29,458 nucleotides of DNA from contig JANEMG010000001.1 of assembly GCA_024511045.1 (NCBI GenBank), positions 1-29,458 of the forward strand, read 5' to 3'. Below are positions 15,679 through 25,337 of the stretch, piece by piece (the stretch's first letter is position 1; each line of letters opens with the position of its first letter). The stretch is from Gammaproteobacteria bacterium. GTDB taxonomy: Bacteria; Pseudomonadota; Gammaproteobacteria; Methylococcales; Methylomonadaceae. Position numbers and translations under genes: made by a program. Below the pieces are notes generated by a model that was given only the letters and a program-made list of their open reading frames with translations, made no database searches and had not been told where the DNA came from.

Positions 15679-18600
15679 AATCGCTGCTCTCGTTATTCTT
15701 GTCGTTCTCTTTTTGTTTCTTTCCCAGCCAGGAAAAACTGGTGAATCCGGTCCATGCCTTGCGCAGTACACCATCGAATTCATGCATGGCGACCACCTCC
15801 GGCTTCTCCCAACTGCCCTTCACGGCATACTGGGAGCGCACATAGCGGTCCGGATGTTTGCCAAAGGTTTTCTCGACAACAAAACCGATGATTGTACCAG
15901 CAAACGGAATTGCCGAGGTACTTTTGGGCGCCACCGTAACAATCTGATCGTAGCTGTGATCCACCAGCCCGGTTCTGCCCCGGATTTCGATTTTGGCAGC
16001 AACGGCATCGATGACCAGATCATGGGTCAGGGCATAACCATTGGCCAGCCTGAAAGCACCCTTGACGTCATCGTAGGCCAGGCCCGCCGCATACAGATCA
16101 CTGAAATCCAGACGCAGGCGGCGAAACAGCTGGTTGAGATCCAGGGCGCCAAGCAGCCGGCCGATTCCCGGCTCGATGCCCAGCAACCTGCCTTCCCCCA
16201 GGTCGGCCTGAATCTCGCCATCGACCTCGGCAATGGAAAACTGGTACGGCGCCCCTGGCCATTGCAGGCTGAAATGAAATGTTGCCGGCGTATCCTTGAC
16301 ATCGTTGGTCACGTCCAGCAGGGTCAGAAAATTGCCCAGATCATCCACCTCGAACTTCCCGCGGACTTCCGTTGACGGTTGCTGCGCAGCGCCGCCGAAG
16401 CTGCCGGTCAGGGTGAGTTTCTTGTCCGGCGCAGTAACCAGCAGTCGTTCGATGCGCAAATAGTCGGCAATACGCCGTGCCTGAAGGTGCAGGGCTCCAA
16501 GATCGACTCCCCGCCAGCGCAGCTGCCGGCTGTCGATGTCAAAATCCGGCATTTCATCGGGTCGCAGCGGCCTGCCTGAGACTCTCAGGTTATACAGACT
16601 GGTGAGATCCAGATATTCGGCATCCAGATCGATTTTCTGTTTTTGCTGCTCCGTCCAGGAAATTGCCAGCTTTCCCTTGACGATGGGACTTTCCACCGTC
16701 CCCTGCCAACGCTTTCCATTTTTTGCCATGGCCAGATCCAGTGGTCCGTGGTTTTGCCCCTTCCACAGCAGCCGGCCGGTATCGACATGGAATTCGCGCA
16801 GATCGAACGCTGCCGCCCCGGACAGATCGGCCTCGTGGGCCTCGGCAAATGCCTGCCAGGCCGTCAGATCCAGTCGTTTGCGATCCGCATCCAGCCTGAA
16901 GCCAGGCGCATCGCGAAACTCCGCCCGCCCCTCGCCATAGACGATATGCCCGGAATACTGCCGGGCTTGCTCCGGAATTTTGACCGCCGCCTTGAGCCGA
17001 CTGGCATAATCGACCCGCAGCAGCAGGTCGCTGTCTTCGGCCAAATGCAGCTGCATCTGCAGCGGGCGCTGCTGATCGGCCGGCTTGGCCAGCGTTTCCG
17101 GCAGATCCAGCGAGAGTCCCTGCAGACTGGAAGACAATTCCAGCGTCATTGGCTTCGCTTCGGCATGCGGAACGCGCAGCTGCAGATCATAATCTGCCGC
17201 GCCACCTGCAACCTGCCACCAGGGGCCTGGAAACTGTTTGCGCAACGCATCGATACCGGCATGTCCCTGGACGGCGATGCGGGTCAACAGCGCTTCATTG
17301 TCGATGCTGACCCGCAGGGGATGCCCCAGAGCCACAGCGCGCATTTTTTTGCAGTACAGCCCGTTTTCGTCGAAGAGCAGATCCCCCCTGATTTTTCGCA
17401 CCGGCAAATCCAGAGGCAAAACCGTCAGCCTGGCCTTGTGCAGATGCGCGACGCCATCGACCCGCTCGGGCAGATCCACCCCCAATGGTATCTGCAGTTT
17501 CACTTCGATATCGGCCTCACCCTTCGGCTCAATGACCGCCATGATCGGTTCTACTTTTACAGACAGGGGCGATTGCCGCAAAAAGCCGATGCTCTGGCCG
17601 ATACTGCCGCTGACCTGGATATCCGCCTCCAGATAATCACTTTGCCGAAAAGAAGGGATCGCGACCAGCGCCCGGGTAACCTGGGCGCCATTGGCCAGCG
17701 CATGGTGGACATCGACGCGCAGACCATCATCGATGAACGCCACCCGCGCATCGATATTCTGAATGGCCGGCCAGTCCGGATGGTACAGCAGCTCGACGGC
17801 GTTGGTATCGAAAAATGCTTCGACGATATTGCGCTCACCAACGAAGCCGGATTCCTGCAGTTCGCCATGAATCAGCAACCGGCCATTGCTGATACTGCCG
17901 GCAAGCAGCGCCTGATCCAGCCAGGCGACCAGATCCGGATCCATGAACTTGGCCGGCAGATAATTTTTCGCAAGCGCTGCATCCGGAAGGGTAAAAACAC
18001 TTTGCCAATCCACGAAACCCGGCGCATTCTGCCTGGGCAGGCGCAACGCAAAACGCTGCCTGCTGTCGAAATCTGCTGTTGTCACCTGCAGCAGCGGACT
18101 CTCCAGCAGCCAGTGATCGGCGTCCTGCCGCCAATCCATCCGCCCTGCGAGACGCGTCAACGCGACAGGCGTTCTGAGCAATTCCGGCAATGCCAGCAGG
18201 GCATCCCTGCTGTCCAGAAACACCTGCCCCGCCCTGTTGGAGCCCTTGATAGCGCCGGACAGATTGCCGACTTCCGGAATGCCGTCCACGGCCGTAAAAC
18301 CGATATTCTGAAAACTTCCTGCAACTGCAGATTCTTCCTGCTGCAAATCGACAAACCAGGAAAAATCCTGCAGCCGCCCCGACAGATTCAGTTTCTCCAG
18401 CAGTCCGGCCTGTTCAGCCGGCAGCATCCCGGAAAACAGCAGCAGCTCCGATACCGGGGCCAGTTCCAGGCTGGAAAAAACACCGGCAAGCCGCCGGGGG
18501 GATTGTTCCGAATCGTCTGCCACGGCCAGGGAAAACACGCCCCCGGCCCAGTCGTTCCGCACCGTGTGCAGATCCAGTCTGGCCACATCCAGGCGCCATT

Positions 18601-19507
18601 TTGCAGCTTCCTTCCGCCAGTGAAAGCGGCTGCGCAAGTGCTTCACATCCAGAACCCTGCCGTTTTCAGCCCGCAAGCCGACATCTGCCGCCTGGATCTC
18701 GCCGCGCAGCATGATCAGCCCGGAAGCCTGCCAGTCACTCCACAACTTGAAATCGCTGCTGCCCGAGGTGATCTGCAGTTGCCCGGGCAATTCCTCGGGC
18801 AGCATTTTCGTCAGCTGAATATGCTTTCCCCGTGCATACAGACTGCCGGTAATGTCGGCGTCCAGGAACGGATTGCCGCGAAACGTCATCGCCAGCTGCA
18901 GTGCCCCCCCCAGTTTTTCCGGCAGCTGCAGATCGATTTTCAGGCGATGTTCCTGTGCATCTTCGTCATTGTCGATGACAATGTCCACCTGGGTGAAGTG
19001 CATTGCCGGAACCTGGCGCCGTTCGTCCAGCCAGGTCACTTCGCTGTCCAGCATCGCGTAGCGATTCCCCTGCAGCAGCCAAAGCGGCGGCTCGTCGCCG
19101 GCCTTCAAGCCATACACGGCCAGCGTGCCATCCGCCTTGCGCGTGACCTGCAGCCTGGTTCCTGTCAGCGTTATCCGGGAAACGGGAAAAATCCGACCCT
19201 GCGTGATGATTTGCCACAAATCCAGCGTAATGCGGATTTCCTTCAGGCTGATCGATGGCGCCTCCTGATCCGCCCGAATCAGCTGGATCTGCTGCAGCAG
19301 CAGTTGCGGTTCGAAACCATGCATGCTGCCGGTCAACCTGCCAATCATGACTTTGGTTTCCAGGGCTGCGCTGACTTTTTCTTCCAGCAGCTGTTTGAAT
19401 TCCGCGACTTCCGACAGAAAAATGCGCAGGCTGGTAAAAAAAAGCGCGCCGACCAGTGACGTTATCAGCAGGAAATGCTGCGTGGCCCGTGTGATGTGAT
19501 GGATCAT
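15671..19507 (-). CDS. yhdP: AsmA-like intermembrane bridge protein YhdP (TIGR02099/DUF3971 type)
   Basis: 1278 aa with an N-terminal TM anchor. C-terminal GRLLGIEPGIGRLLGALD...RRLRLDFSDL is AsmA_2-like. Canonical rng-yhdP-nit-tldD context. Confidence 0.9.
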   Translation of the reverse strand: MIHHITRATQHFLLITSLVGALFFTSLRIFLSEVAEFKQLLEEKVSAALETKVMIGRLTGSMHGFEPQLLLQQIQLIRADQEAPSISLKEIRITLDLWQIITQGRIFPVSRITLTGTRLQVTRKADGTLAVYGLKAGDEPPLWLLQGNRYAMLDSEVTWLDERRQVPAMHFTQVDIVIDNDEDAQEHRLKIDLQLPEKLGGALQLAMTFRGNPFLDADITGSLYARGKHIQLTKMLPEELPGQLQITSGSSDFKLWSDWQASGLIMLRGEIQAADVGLRAENGRVLDVKHLRSRFHWRKEAAKWRLDVARLDLHTVRNDWAGGVFSLAVADDSEQSPRRLAGVFSSLELAPVSELLLFSGMLPAEQAGLLEKLNLSGRLQDFSWFVDLQQEESAVAGSFQNIGFTAVDGIPEVGNLSGAIKGSNRAGQVFLDSRDALLALPELLRTPVALTRLAGRMDWRQDADHWLLESPLLQVTTADFDSRQRFALRLPRQNAPGFVDWQSVFTLPDAALAKNYLPAKFMDPDLVAWLDQALLAGSISNGRLLIHGELQESGFVGERNIVEAFFDTNAVELLYHPDWPAIQNIDARVAFIDDGLRVDVHHALANGAQVTRALVAIPSFRQSDYLEADIQVSGSIGQSIGFLRQSPLSVKVEPIMAVIEPKGEADIEVKLQIPLGVDLPERVDGVAHLHKARLTVLPLDLPVRKIRGDLLFDENGLYCKKMRAVALGHPLRVSIDNEALLTRIAVQGHAGIDALRKQFPGPWWQVAGGAADYDLQLRVPHAEAKPMTLELSSSLQGLSLDLPETLAKPADQQRPLQMQLHLAEDSDLLLRVDYASRLKAAVKIPEQARQYSGHIVYGEGRAEFRDAPGFRLDADRKRLDLTAWQAFAEAHEADLSGAAAFDLREFHVDTGRLLWKGQNHGPLDLAMAKNGKRWQGTVESPIVKGKLAISWTEQQKQKIDLDAEYLDLTSLYNLRVSGRPLRPDEMPDFDIDSRQLRWRGVDLGALHLQARRIADYLRIERLLVTAPDKKLTLTGSFGGAAQQPSTEVRGKFEVDDLGNFLTLLDVTNDVKDTPATFHFSLQWPGAPYQFSIAEVDGEIQADLGEGRLLGIEPGIGRLLGALDLNQLFRRLRLDFSDLYAAGLAYDDVKGAFRLANGYALTHDLVIDAVAAKIEIRGRTGLVDHSYDQIVTVAPKSTSAIPFAGTIIGFVVEKTFGKHPDRYVRSQYAVKGSWEKPEVVAMHEFDGVLRKAWTGFTSFSWLGKKQKENDKNNESSDYE

Positions 19508-19735
19508 GCGCGTTTCCCGCGGCGCCCTTCGCGCACGATGCGTCCAGCACTGGAACAGAACACGCCAAAACAGGCAAAAAACTTTTTCAGAACAGGCACA
19601 ACGCAGTACTTTCAGTCAGCCCGGGCGGCAAGCACCGCTTGCGTACTTGCAACCCGGTACATGCTGCATGATACGCCGATCCCGGCAACACGGGTGGAGA
19701 CAGGAATCCTCCATGACAAGCAGAACGGGGGGACG

Positions 19736-21190
19736 TCAGAGCAGCACCACATCGTATTGCTCCTGGTTGTATTCGGACTCGGCCCTGAAGCGTATCTGCA
19801 CGCCCAGAAACGCCTCCAGCTCGGCCAGCATATCGGCTTCTTCATCCAACAGTGTTTCCACGACCTCGTTGGAAGCCAGCACCAGCAGCTGCTGAACTTT
19901 GAACTGCCGTACCTCGCGGATGATTTCCCGAAAAATCTCCAGGCACATGGTTTCCGGGGTTTTCAAAACGCCGCGTCCTCCACAGGCGCAGCAAGTCTCG
20001 CAGAGGATGTGCTCCAGGCTCTCCCGGGTCCGCTTGCGGGTCATTTCCACCAGCCCCAGAGTCGAAACTTCGGTTATTTTGGTTTTTGCGTGGTCCTTCT
20101 CCAGATTGCGCTCCAGTGTCGACAGCACCTGACGCTTGTGTTCTTCACTTTGCATATCGATGAAATCGATGATGATGATGCCACCCAGGTTTCTCAAGCG
20201 AAGCTGCCGGGCAATGACGTGAGTCGCCTCCAGATTGGTCTTGAAGATGGTTTCCTCCAGGTTGCGCCCCCCCACATAGCCGCCGGTGTTGACATCCACC
20301 GTGGTCATGGACTCGGTCTGGTCGAACACCAGATGGCCGCCCGATTTCAAATTGACGCGCCGCTCCAGCGCCTTCTGGATTTCATCCTCGACGTTGTAGA
20401 TATCGAACACCGGCCGCTCACCTCGATAGTGCTCGATCACCGGCACAATCTCGGGAACGAATTTTTCCGCAAACGCCACCAGCCGAAGATAGGTTTCCGT
20501 GGAATCGACACGGACTTTTTCTATGCCCTCCCGGTACAGATCACGCAGGGTCCGGATGCTGAGCGGCAGATCCCTGTGAATCAGCTGCTTCACCTTGGCG
20601 TTATTGATTTTTTCGTGAATGGAATCCCACAGCTTCAACAGAAAAGCCATATCGGAACAAAGCATGCTTTCCTCGACGCATTCCGCCGCCGTTCTGGCGA
20701 TAAAGGCCCCGCATCGATGTTCCTGCTGGAAAGCATCCAGACAGGCCCTGAGGCGCTGCCTCTCCTTTTCCTGCTCTATACGCTGGGAAATCCCGTTGTT
20801 TTTGGCATAGGGCATGTACACCTGATAGCGCGATGGAATGGATATTTCCGTGGTCAGACGGGCGCCTTTGCTGCCCAGCGGATCCTTGCTGACCTGCACG
20901 ACGATATGCTGACCTTCATGCAGGTAGTGCTCGATATTTTCCGAACCTTTCTTTTCCAGGTCACGGCTGCACAAATCGGAAATATGCAGAAAAGCAGCCC
21001 TGTCCAGACCGATATCGACAAAGGCCGCCTGCATCCCCGGCAATACCCGGCAGACTTCGCCCTTGTAGATATTGCCCACCAGTCCACGCTGCCGGCAGCG
21101 CTCGATGATCAGTTCCTGGACGACACCGTTCTCGATGACCGCCACCCGGGTCTCCGGCGGGGTAACGTTGATAAGAATCTCTTCACTCAT
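19736..21190 (-). CDS. rng: Ribonuclease G
   Basis: S1 domain GNIYKGEVCRVLPGMQAAFVDIG, TTVDVNTG and GGIIIIDFIDM; 484 aa. Confidence 0.97.
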   Translation of the reverse strand: MSEEILINVTPPETRVAVIENGVVQELIIERCRQRGLVGNIYKGEVCRVLPGMQAAFVDIGLDRAAFLHISDLCSRDLEKKGSENIEHYLHEGQHIVVQVSKDPLGSKGARLTTEISIPSRYQVYMPYAKNNGISQRIEQEKERQRLRACLDAFQQEHRCGAFIARTAAECVEESMLCSDMAFLLKLWDSIHEKINNAKVKQLIHRDLPLSIRTLRDLYREGIEKVRVDSTETYLRLVAFAEKFVPEIVPVIEHYRGERPVFDIYNVEDEIQKALERRVNLKSGGHLVFDQTESMTTVDVNTGGYVGGRNLEETIFKTNLEATHVIARQLRLRNLGGIIIIDFIDMQSEEHKRQVLSTLERNLEKDHAKTKITEVSTLGLVEMTRKRTRESLEHILCETCCACGGRGVLKTPETMCLEIFREIIREVRQFKVQQLLVLASNEVVETLLDEEADMLAELEAFLGVQIRFRAESEYNQEQYDVVLL

Positions 21191-21334
21191 AATTATTGTT
21201 GTTTAGTTGGCATCTATAAACACCCATCCATGGGGTGTTTACAGAAAGAAAGCAGCAAATGCGATTGGCTGTTTTCTTCATCATCAATGGCTTGTGGCCA
21301 TTGATGATGCCGGCACTTCCCTGTGCCGGATTAG

Positions 21335-21437
21335 TGCAGCACCTGTTTTCCATGACTGTGCAATGGCGAGTTGAATCCGCCAATTAAAAAAATGCCTGCA
21401 AAAGACATTAAGTGCCATAACAAAAATAGGTGCTGCA
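21335..21437. mobile_element. MITE-like element copy 2 (103 bp) with TTAG target-site duplication
   Basis: 15-bp terminal inverted repeats TGCAGCACCTGTTTT / AAAATAGGTGCTGCA (14/15). Flanked by direct TTAG at 21331-21334 and 21438-21441. Confidence 0.7.
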
Positions 21438-21451
21438 TTAGTTCCCGTCAT

Positions 21452-22051
21452 TTATAGACGGGAACCAATAATATCAATCCCGGCTCGCTGCAATAATTCC
21501 GCCGTTTCATACAATGGCAGACCGACGACGCCCGAATAACTGCCCTGAATGTTTTTCACGAAGATGCTGCCCAGCCCTTGAATCGCATAGGCGCCCGCCT
21601 TGTCCGCCGGCTCGCCGCTCTGCCAGTAGCGCCGTATTTCAGATTCGCCAAGCTCCCGGAACTGGACTTCGGTGACATTGTGCAGCAGGTGATGCTGCCC
21701 CTGGACCCGCAGAGAAACCGCACTGTAGACGCAATGCCGCTGCCCCGACAGAGTGCTCAGCATCGCCAGTGCCTGCCGCCGGTCTTGCGGCTTGCCCATG
21801 ATCCGGCCGTGCAGAACCACGGCCGTATCCGCGGCCAGCACCGGCAGCGGTTCGCTGCACGACTCCCTGGCGCGCAGCGATTTTTCTGCAGCGACGCGGC
21901 GCACATAGTGATCCGGCTTCTCCTGGGGCAGCGGGGTCTCATCGACCGGTACGGGATAGACCAGACAATGGACTCCGATCTGGGCCAGCAGTTCCCTGCG
22001 CCGGGGGGACGCCGAGGCGAGGATGATTTCCGGTGCTCGTTCAGCGCTCAT
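21452..22051 (-). CDS. maf: Maf/YhdE nucleoside-triphosphate pyrophosphatase
   Basis: ILASASPRRRELL, VLAADT and DKAGAYAIQG. Start at ATG 22051. Confidence 0.95.
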   Translation of the reverse strand: MSAERAPEIILASASPRRRELLAQIGVHCLVYPVPVDETPLPQEKPDHYVRRVAAEKSLRARESCSEPLPVLAADTAVVLHGRIMGKPQDRRQALAMLSTLSGQRHCVYSAVSLRVQGQHHLLHNVTEVQFRELGESEIRRYWQSGEPADKAGAYAIQGLGSIFVKNIQGSYSGVVGLPLYETAELLQRAGIDIIGSRL

Positions 22052-22191
22052 GCTTCCTGCCTTTCCATATAACCCGCCAGGGCAGCGCCGGTTTTCCTTT
22101 GCTGAACAGGCATGTCTGTCAATAATTGAATATTCATTAAAACCCTGCAATCCTTTCTATCATTGCATGGATGCTATTCTCGGACAGCCTC

Positions 22192-22659
22192 CTAGCGATG
22201 ATAGGGATGATTGTGCAATATACTCCATGCCCGATACAGTTGCTCCGCAACCAGGATACGCACCAGGGGATGGGGAAAGGTCAGCCGGGACAGGCTCCAC
22301 GATTCGCGTGCCAGCTTGCGCACCGGCTGCGCAAGCCCCTCCGGGCCACCCACCAGCAGCGCCACGTCCTGCCCGCTTGCCAGCCAGCGCCGCAACGCTT
22401 CGGCCAGTTCATCGGTCGTCCAGGGCCTGCCGGCGATGTCCAGCGTGACGACATGGCAGCCGCGCGGTAACGCATCCAGCATTCGCTCCCCCTCTTCCCG
22501 GACCAGGCGTGCGAGATCGGTATTTTTCCGGCGCTTCCCGGCAGGAATTTCCTGCAGCTGCAGGGCGCAGTCTTTGGGCAGCCGTCTGGCATATTCCGCA
22601 TAGCCCTGCTGCACCCAGTCCGGCATGCGCTTTCCCACCGCGATCAACTTTATCTGCAT
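22192..22659 (-). CDS. rlmH: 23S rRNA (pseudouridine1915-N3)-methyltransferase RlmH
   Basis: [21 protein letters not shown] and [29 protein letters not shown]. Confidence 0.97.
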   Translation of the reverse strand: MQIKLIAVGKRMPDWVQQGYAEYARRLPKDCALQLQEIPAGKRRKNTDLARLVREEGERMLDALPRGCHVVTLDIAGRPWTTDELAEALRRWLASGQDVALLVGGPEGLAQPVRKLARESWSLSRLTFPHPLVRILVAEQLYRAWSILHNHPYHR

Positions 22660-22738
22660 GGCAGGCAATCGCGGCCAAAACCGCTGCCGGCGACCAAGAA
22701 TCGGTCTGGCATCATTTCATCCCTGCAGCGGCAACCGG

Positions 22739-23485
22739 TCACCCCGTTGCATCGCCCTGCTCCGGCACATTGCCGGCGTGCAGACCGCATTCCTTCTTGT
22801 TGGCATCCTCCCACCACCAGCGACCGGCTCTTTCATGCTGGTTGGGCAATACCGCCCGGGTGCAGGGCTCACAGCCAATGCTGACATAACCCTGACGATG
22901 CAGCGCATTATAGGGCGCCTGCCAGGCTTCGATATAATCCCAGACTTGCGCCGAACTCCAGCCCGCCAGCGGATTGAATTTTATCAAGGCATGATCCGGC
23001 GTGGAAAAGGCCGTATCCTGCTGCACTTCCGGCAGTTCCTGCCGGGTATCCAGGCTCTGGTCCCTGCGCTGCCCGGTTATCCAGGCATCCAGTGTCGCCA
23101 GCTTGCGGCGCAGCGGCTCGACCTTGCGAATGCCGCAGCATTCTTGATGGCCGTCGACATAGAAGCTGAACAGCCCCTTGCGCTTCACCATTTCATCCAG
23201 AATCTGCCGGTCCGGCGTCAGCACGTCCAGTTCGATCTGATAATGTTTTCTCACTTCCTCCAGGAAGTGGTAGGTTTCAGGATGCAGGCGACCGGTATCC
23301 AGCGTGAAGACCTGAATATTCCTGTCGATCTTCAGCGCCATATCGATCAGTACCACATCTTCGGCGCCGCTGAAGGAAATGGCGATACTGGAGAAATTCT
23401 CCAGCGCGGCGCGAAGAATTTTCCGGGGATTCCTGCCTTGCAGCCCGTCCTGCAGCTTTGCAATATCAATGTCTGGATTGTTCAT
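22739..23485 (-). CDS. cysH: APS/PAPS reductase CysH, [4Fe-4S] (APS-reductase) type
   Basis: [18 protein letters not shown], the ECCGIRK CC pair, [16 protein letters not shown] and KECGLH. Confidence 0.93.
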   Translation of the reverse strand: MNNPDIDIAKLQDGLQGRNPRKILRAALENFSSIAISFSGAEDVVLIDMALKIDRNIQVFTLDTGRLHPETYHFLEEVRKHYQIELDVLTPDRQILDEMVKRKGLFSFYVDGHQECCGIRKVEPLRRKLATLDAWITGQRRDQSLDTRQELPEVQQDTAFSTPDHALIKFNPLAGWSSAQVWDYIEAWQAPYNALHRQGYVSIGCEPCTRAVLPNQHERAGRWWWEDANKKECGLHAGNVPEQGDATG

Positions 23486-23490
23486 GGCGT

Positions 23491-25068
23491 CTATTTTTGC
23501 GCAAAGTAGCGCTCGAGAAATTCATCGAAACCCAAATCGTCACGGGCTTCGACTTCCCGCTGACGAGCATGGGACTGTTCGGCCAGACGGCGGTACAACG
23601 CCGCGACATCGTCTTCGAGCCGGCGCCCCTGGAACCACTGCTGATGCTGTTCGGAAACTTTCATGGCAAAGGGCGCGAAGGGCATTCCCGTCTGGCGCAT
23701 GCCGGCAAGGATTCTCGCCGACGGCGTCAGTTCCGGATCCTTCACCAGACTGCGCTGCCGCTGCAGGGCCCTGCCATAGGGCCTGTCGTCGCTGTCCTGA
23801 TCGAGCAGCTCGCAGACCGGCTGCATCAGATCGAGTATTTCCAGTGCCCAGTCCTGCAGGGAAATGCTTTGCTCGCCGCGCTGCAGCTGCAGCCCCGGCT
23901 TCCTGCCCTGGTGCGCCACAGCCAGTTGATTGTCATTGTTGACGGACCATTCGCGGTCATCGCTGGGCGGGCTTTCCTGCAGCAGACAGGTCAACAGAAA
24001 GGCTTCCAGGAACAATGCCGTCTGCTCCTGCATGCCAACGGCGGCGAACAGGTCCAGATCCAGCAAGCGGATTTCCACATAGTGTACACCGCGGCGCTTC
24101 AGGGCCAGCGTTGGTTTTTCACCGGATTTGGCGATCTGCTTGGGGCGGATGGTACTGTAGAATTCGTTTTCGATCTGCAGAATGTTGCTGCTCAACTGCC
24201 GGTATTCGCCATTCACCTTGACGCCGATCTTCTGATATTCGGGATATGGCGTTTCGATCGCCCGGCTGAGGCTGGCGACATAGCCCGACAGCGAATTGTA
24301 GTCGATCTTCAAACTGGCCTGCTTGACGCTTTTATAGCCGATGTCACTCATGCGCAGCGAGGTCGCGTAGGGATGATAGAGCGTGTGGGCGACGAAATCG
24401 TCGAACCCGGCGAACAACTGCTCACGGCCCTTGAAAAAATTTCTGCAAATCGCCGGAGATGCGCCAAACAGATACAGAATGATCCAGCCCTGGCGGAAAA
24501 AATTTCGGATCAGGCCGAAGTAGGCATCGTCAATGAACTCCTGGATAGGCAGCCGGCTGCGCTCCATGCGCTGCAGTACCGGCCAGAGTCTTGCCGGGAC
24601 CGAATAATTGAAATGGATGCCGGCGATGGACTGCATGGCACGTCCGTAGCGATGCCACAAGCCATGCCGATAGACATGCTTCATCTTGCCGATATTGGAG
24701 CTCCCGTATTCTGCGATGGGAATACTCTCATCGCCATCGATGCCGCAGGGCATACTGGCGGCCAGCAGCAATTCATCGGTCAGATTGGCATACACGAAGC
24801 GATGGATATCTTCCATGAAGCGCAGCGTCTCCCTGCTTTCGGCAAAGGGTGGGGTGATGAACTCCAGCAGGGCTTCGGAATAGTCCGTGGTGATGTGCGG
24901 ATGCGTCAGGGCGGCCCCCAGGGCGGCAGGATGTGGCGTCTGTGCGATCATGCCGTTGCCGGATATCCTGAGACTTTCTTTTTCTATGCCCTTCAGCCCC
25001 CCCCTGATCAGGTGATCCTGTTGTGAATCAATGAGTTTGTCGAGTCGTGTCAGCAAGTTGGTCGCCAA
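23491..25068 (-). CDS. gshA: Glutamate-cysteine ligase
   Basis: [45 protein letters not shown] and [13 protein letters not shown] start at 25068 is preferred over 25116. Confidence 0.95.
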   Translation of the reverse strand: MATNLLTRLDKLIDSQQDHLIRGGLKGIEKESLRISGNGMIAQTPHPAALGAALTHPHITTDYSEALLEFITPPFAESRETLRFMEDIHRFVYANLTDELLLAASMPCGIDGDESIPIAEYGSSNIGKMKHVYRHGLWHRYGRAMQSIAGIHFNYSVPARLWPVLQRMERSRLPIQEFIDDAYFGLIRNFFRQGWIILYLFGASPAICRNFFKGREQLFAGFDDFVAHTLYHPYATSLRMSDIGYKSVKQASLKIDYNSLSGYVASLSRAIETPYPEYQKIGVKVNGEYRQLSSNILQIENEFYSTIRPKQIAKSGEKPTLALKRRGVHYVEIRLLDLDLFAAVGMQEQTALFLEAFLLTCLLQESPPSDDREWSVNNDNQLAVAHQGRKPGLQLQRGEQSISLQDWALEILDLMQPVCELLDQDSDDRPYGRALQRQRSLVKDPELTPSARILAGMRQTGMPFAPFAMKVSEQHQQWFQGRRLEDDVAALYRRLAEQSHARQREVEARDDLGFDEFLERYFAQK

Positions 25069-25119
25069 TTTTGATGTGTTGCCAAGAAATGAAATTGCGG
25101 TCTGTCGCCAGCCCATCGC

Positions 25120-25128
25120 TGCTATAAT
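25120..25128 (+). promoter_or_regulatory. Extended -10 promoter element towards recQ
   Basis: TGCTATAAT equals TGn + TATAAT, a perfect consensus. Confidence 0.6.
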
Positions 25129-25134
25129 GCGGCT

Positions 25135-25140
25135 ATTATA
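25135..25140 (-). promoter_or_regulatory. -10 box towards gshA
   Basis: Plus-strand ATTATA is TATAAT on the minus strand, about 65 bp upstream of the proposed gshA start. No good -35 was seen. Confidence 0.45.
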
Positions 25141-25337
25141 CGCTTCGCCTGAGAATTATTAGCATTCAGGCGGATCATTTTTTTGCCGGCAACGCAAAAA
25201 GCAGCACTGCGACAGGGCACGCCAATGACTGCGGCTGTAAAAAACAGCTTGCCTGGGCTCATAGCGGACACAAGGAAAATCCAGACCCGCGTGGGAACGT
25301 TGCCTGAAAAAAAACTTCTGCAGGATTCGATTCTTCA

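Noticed and set aside
19616-19714. 32-aa Cys-rich minus-strand ORF in the rng-yhdP gap
   Set aside because: It has no RBS, and an ORF this short is expected by chance.
22117-22122. Perfect TTGACA (minus strand) upstream of maf
   Set aside because: No plausible -10 at 16-18 bp spacing.
16643-25026. Very long plus-strand ORFs (938, 609 and 522 aa) opposite yhdP, rng and gshA; likewise those opposite pip, tldD, cysH and recQ
   Set aside because: These are typical antisense shadow frames of GC-rich coding sequence, with no recognisable motifs or RBS.
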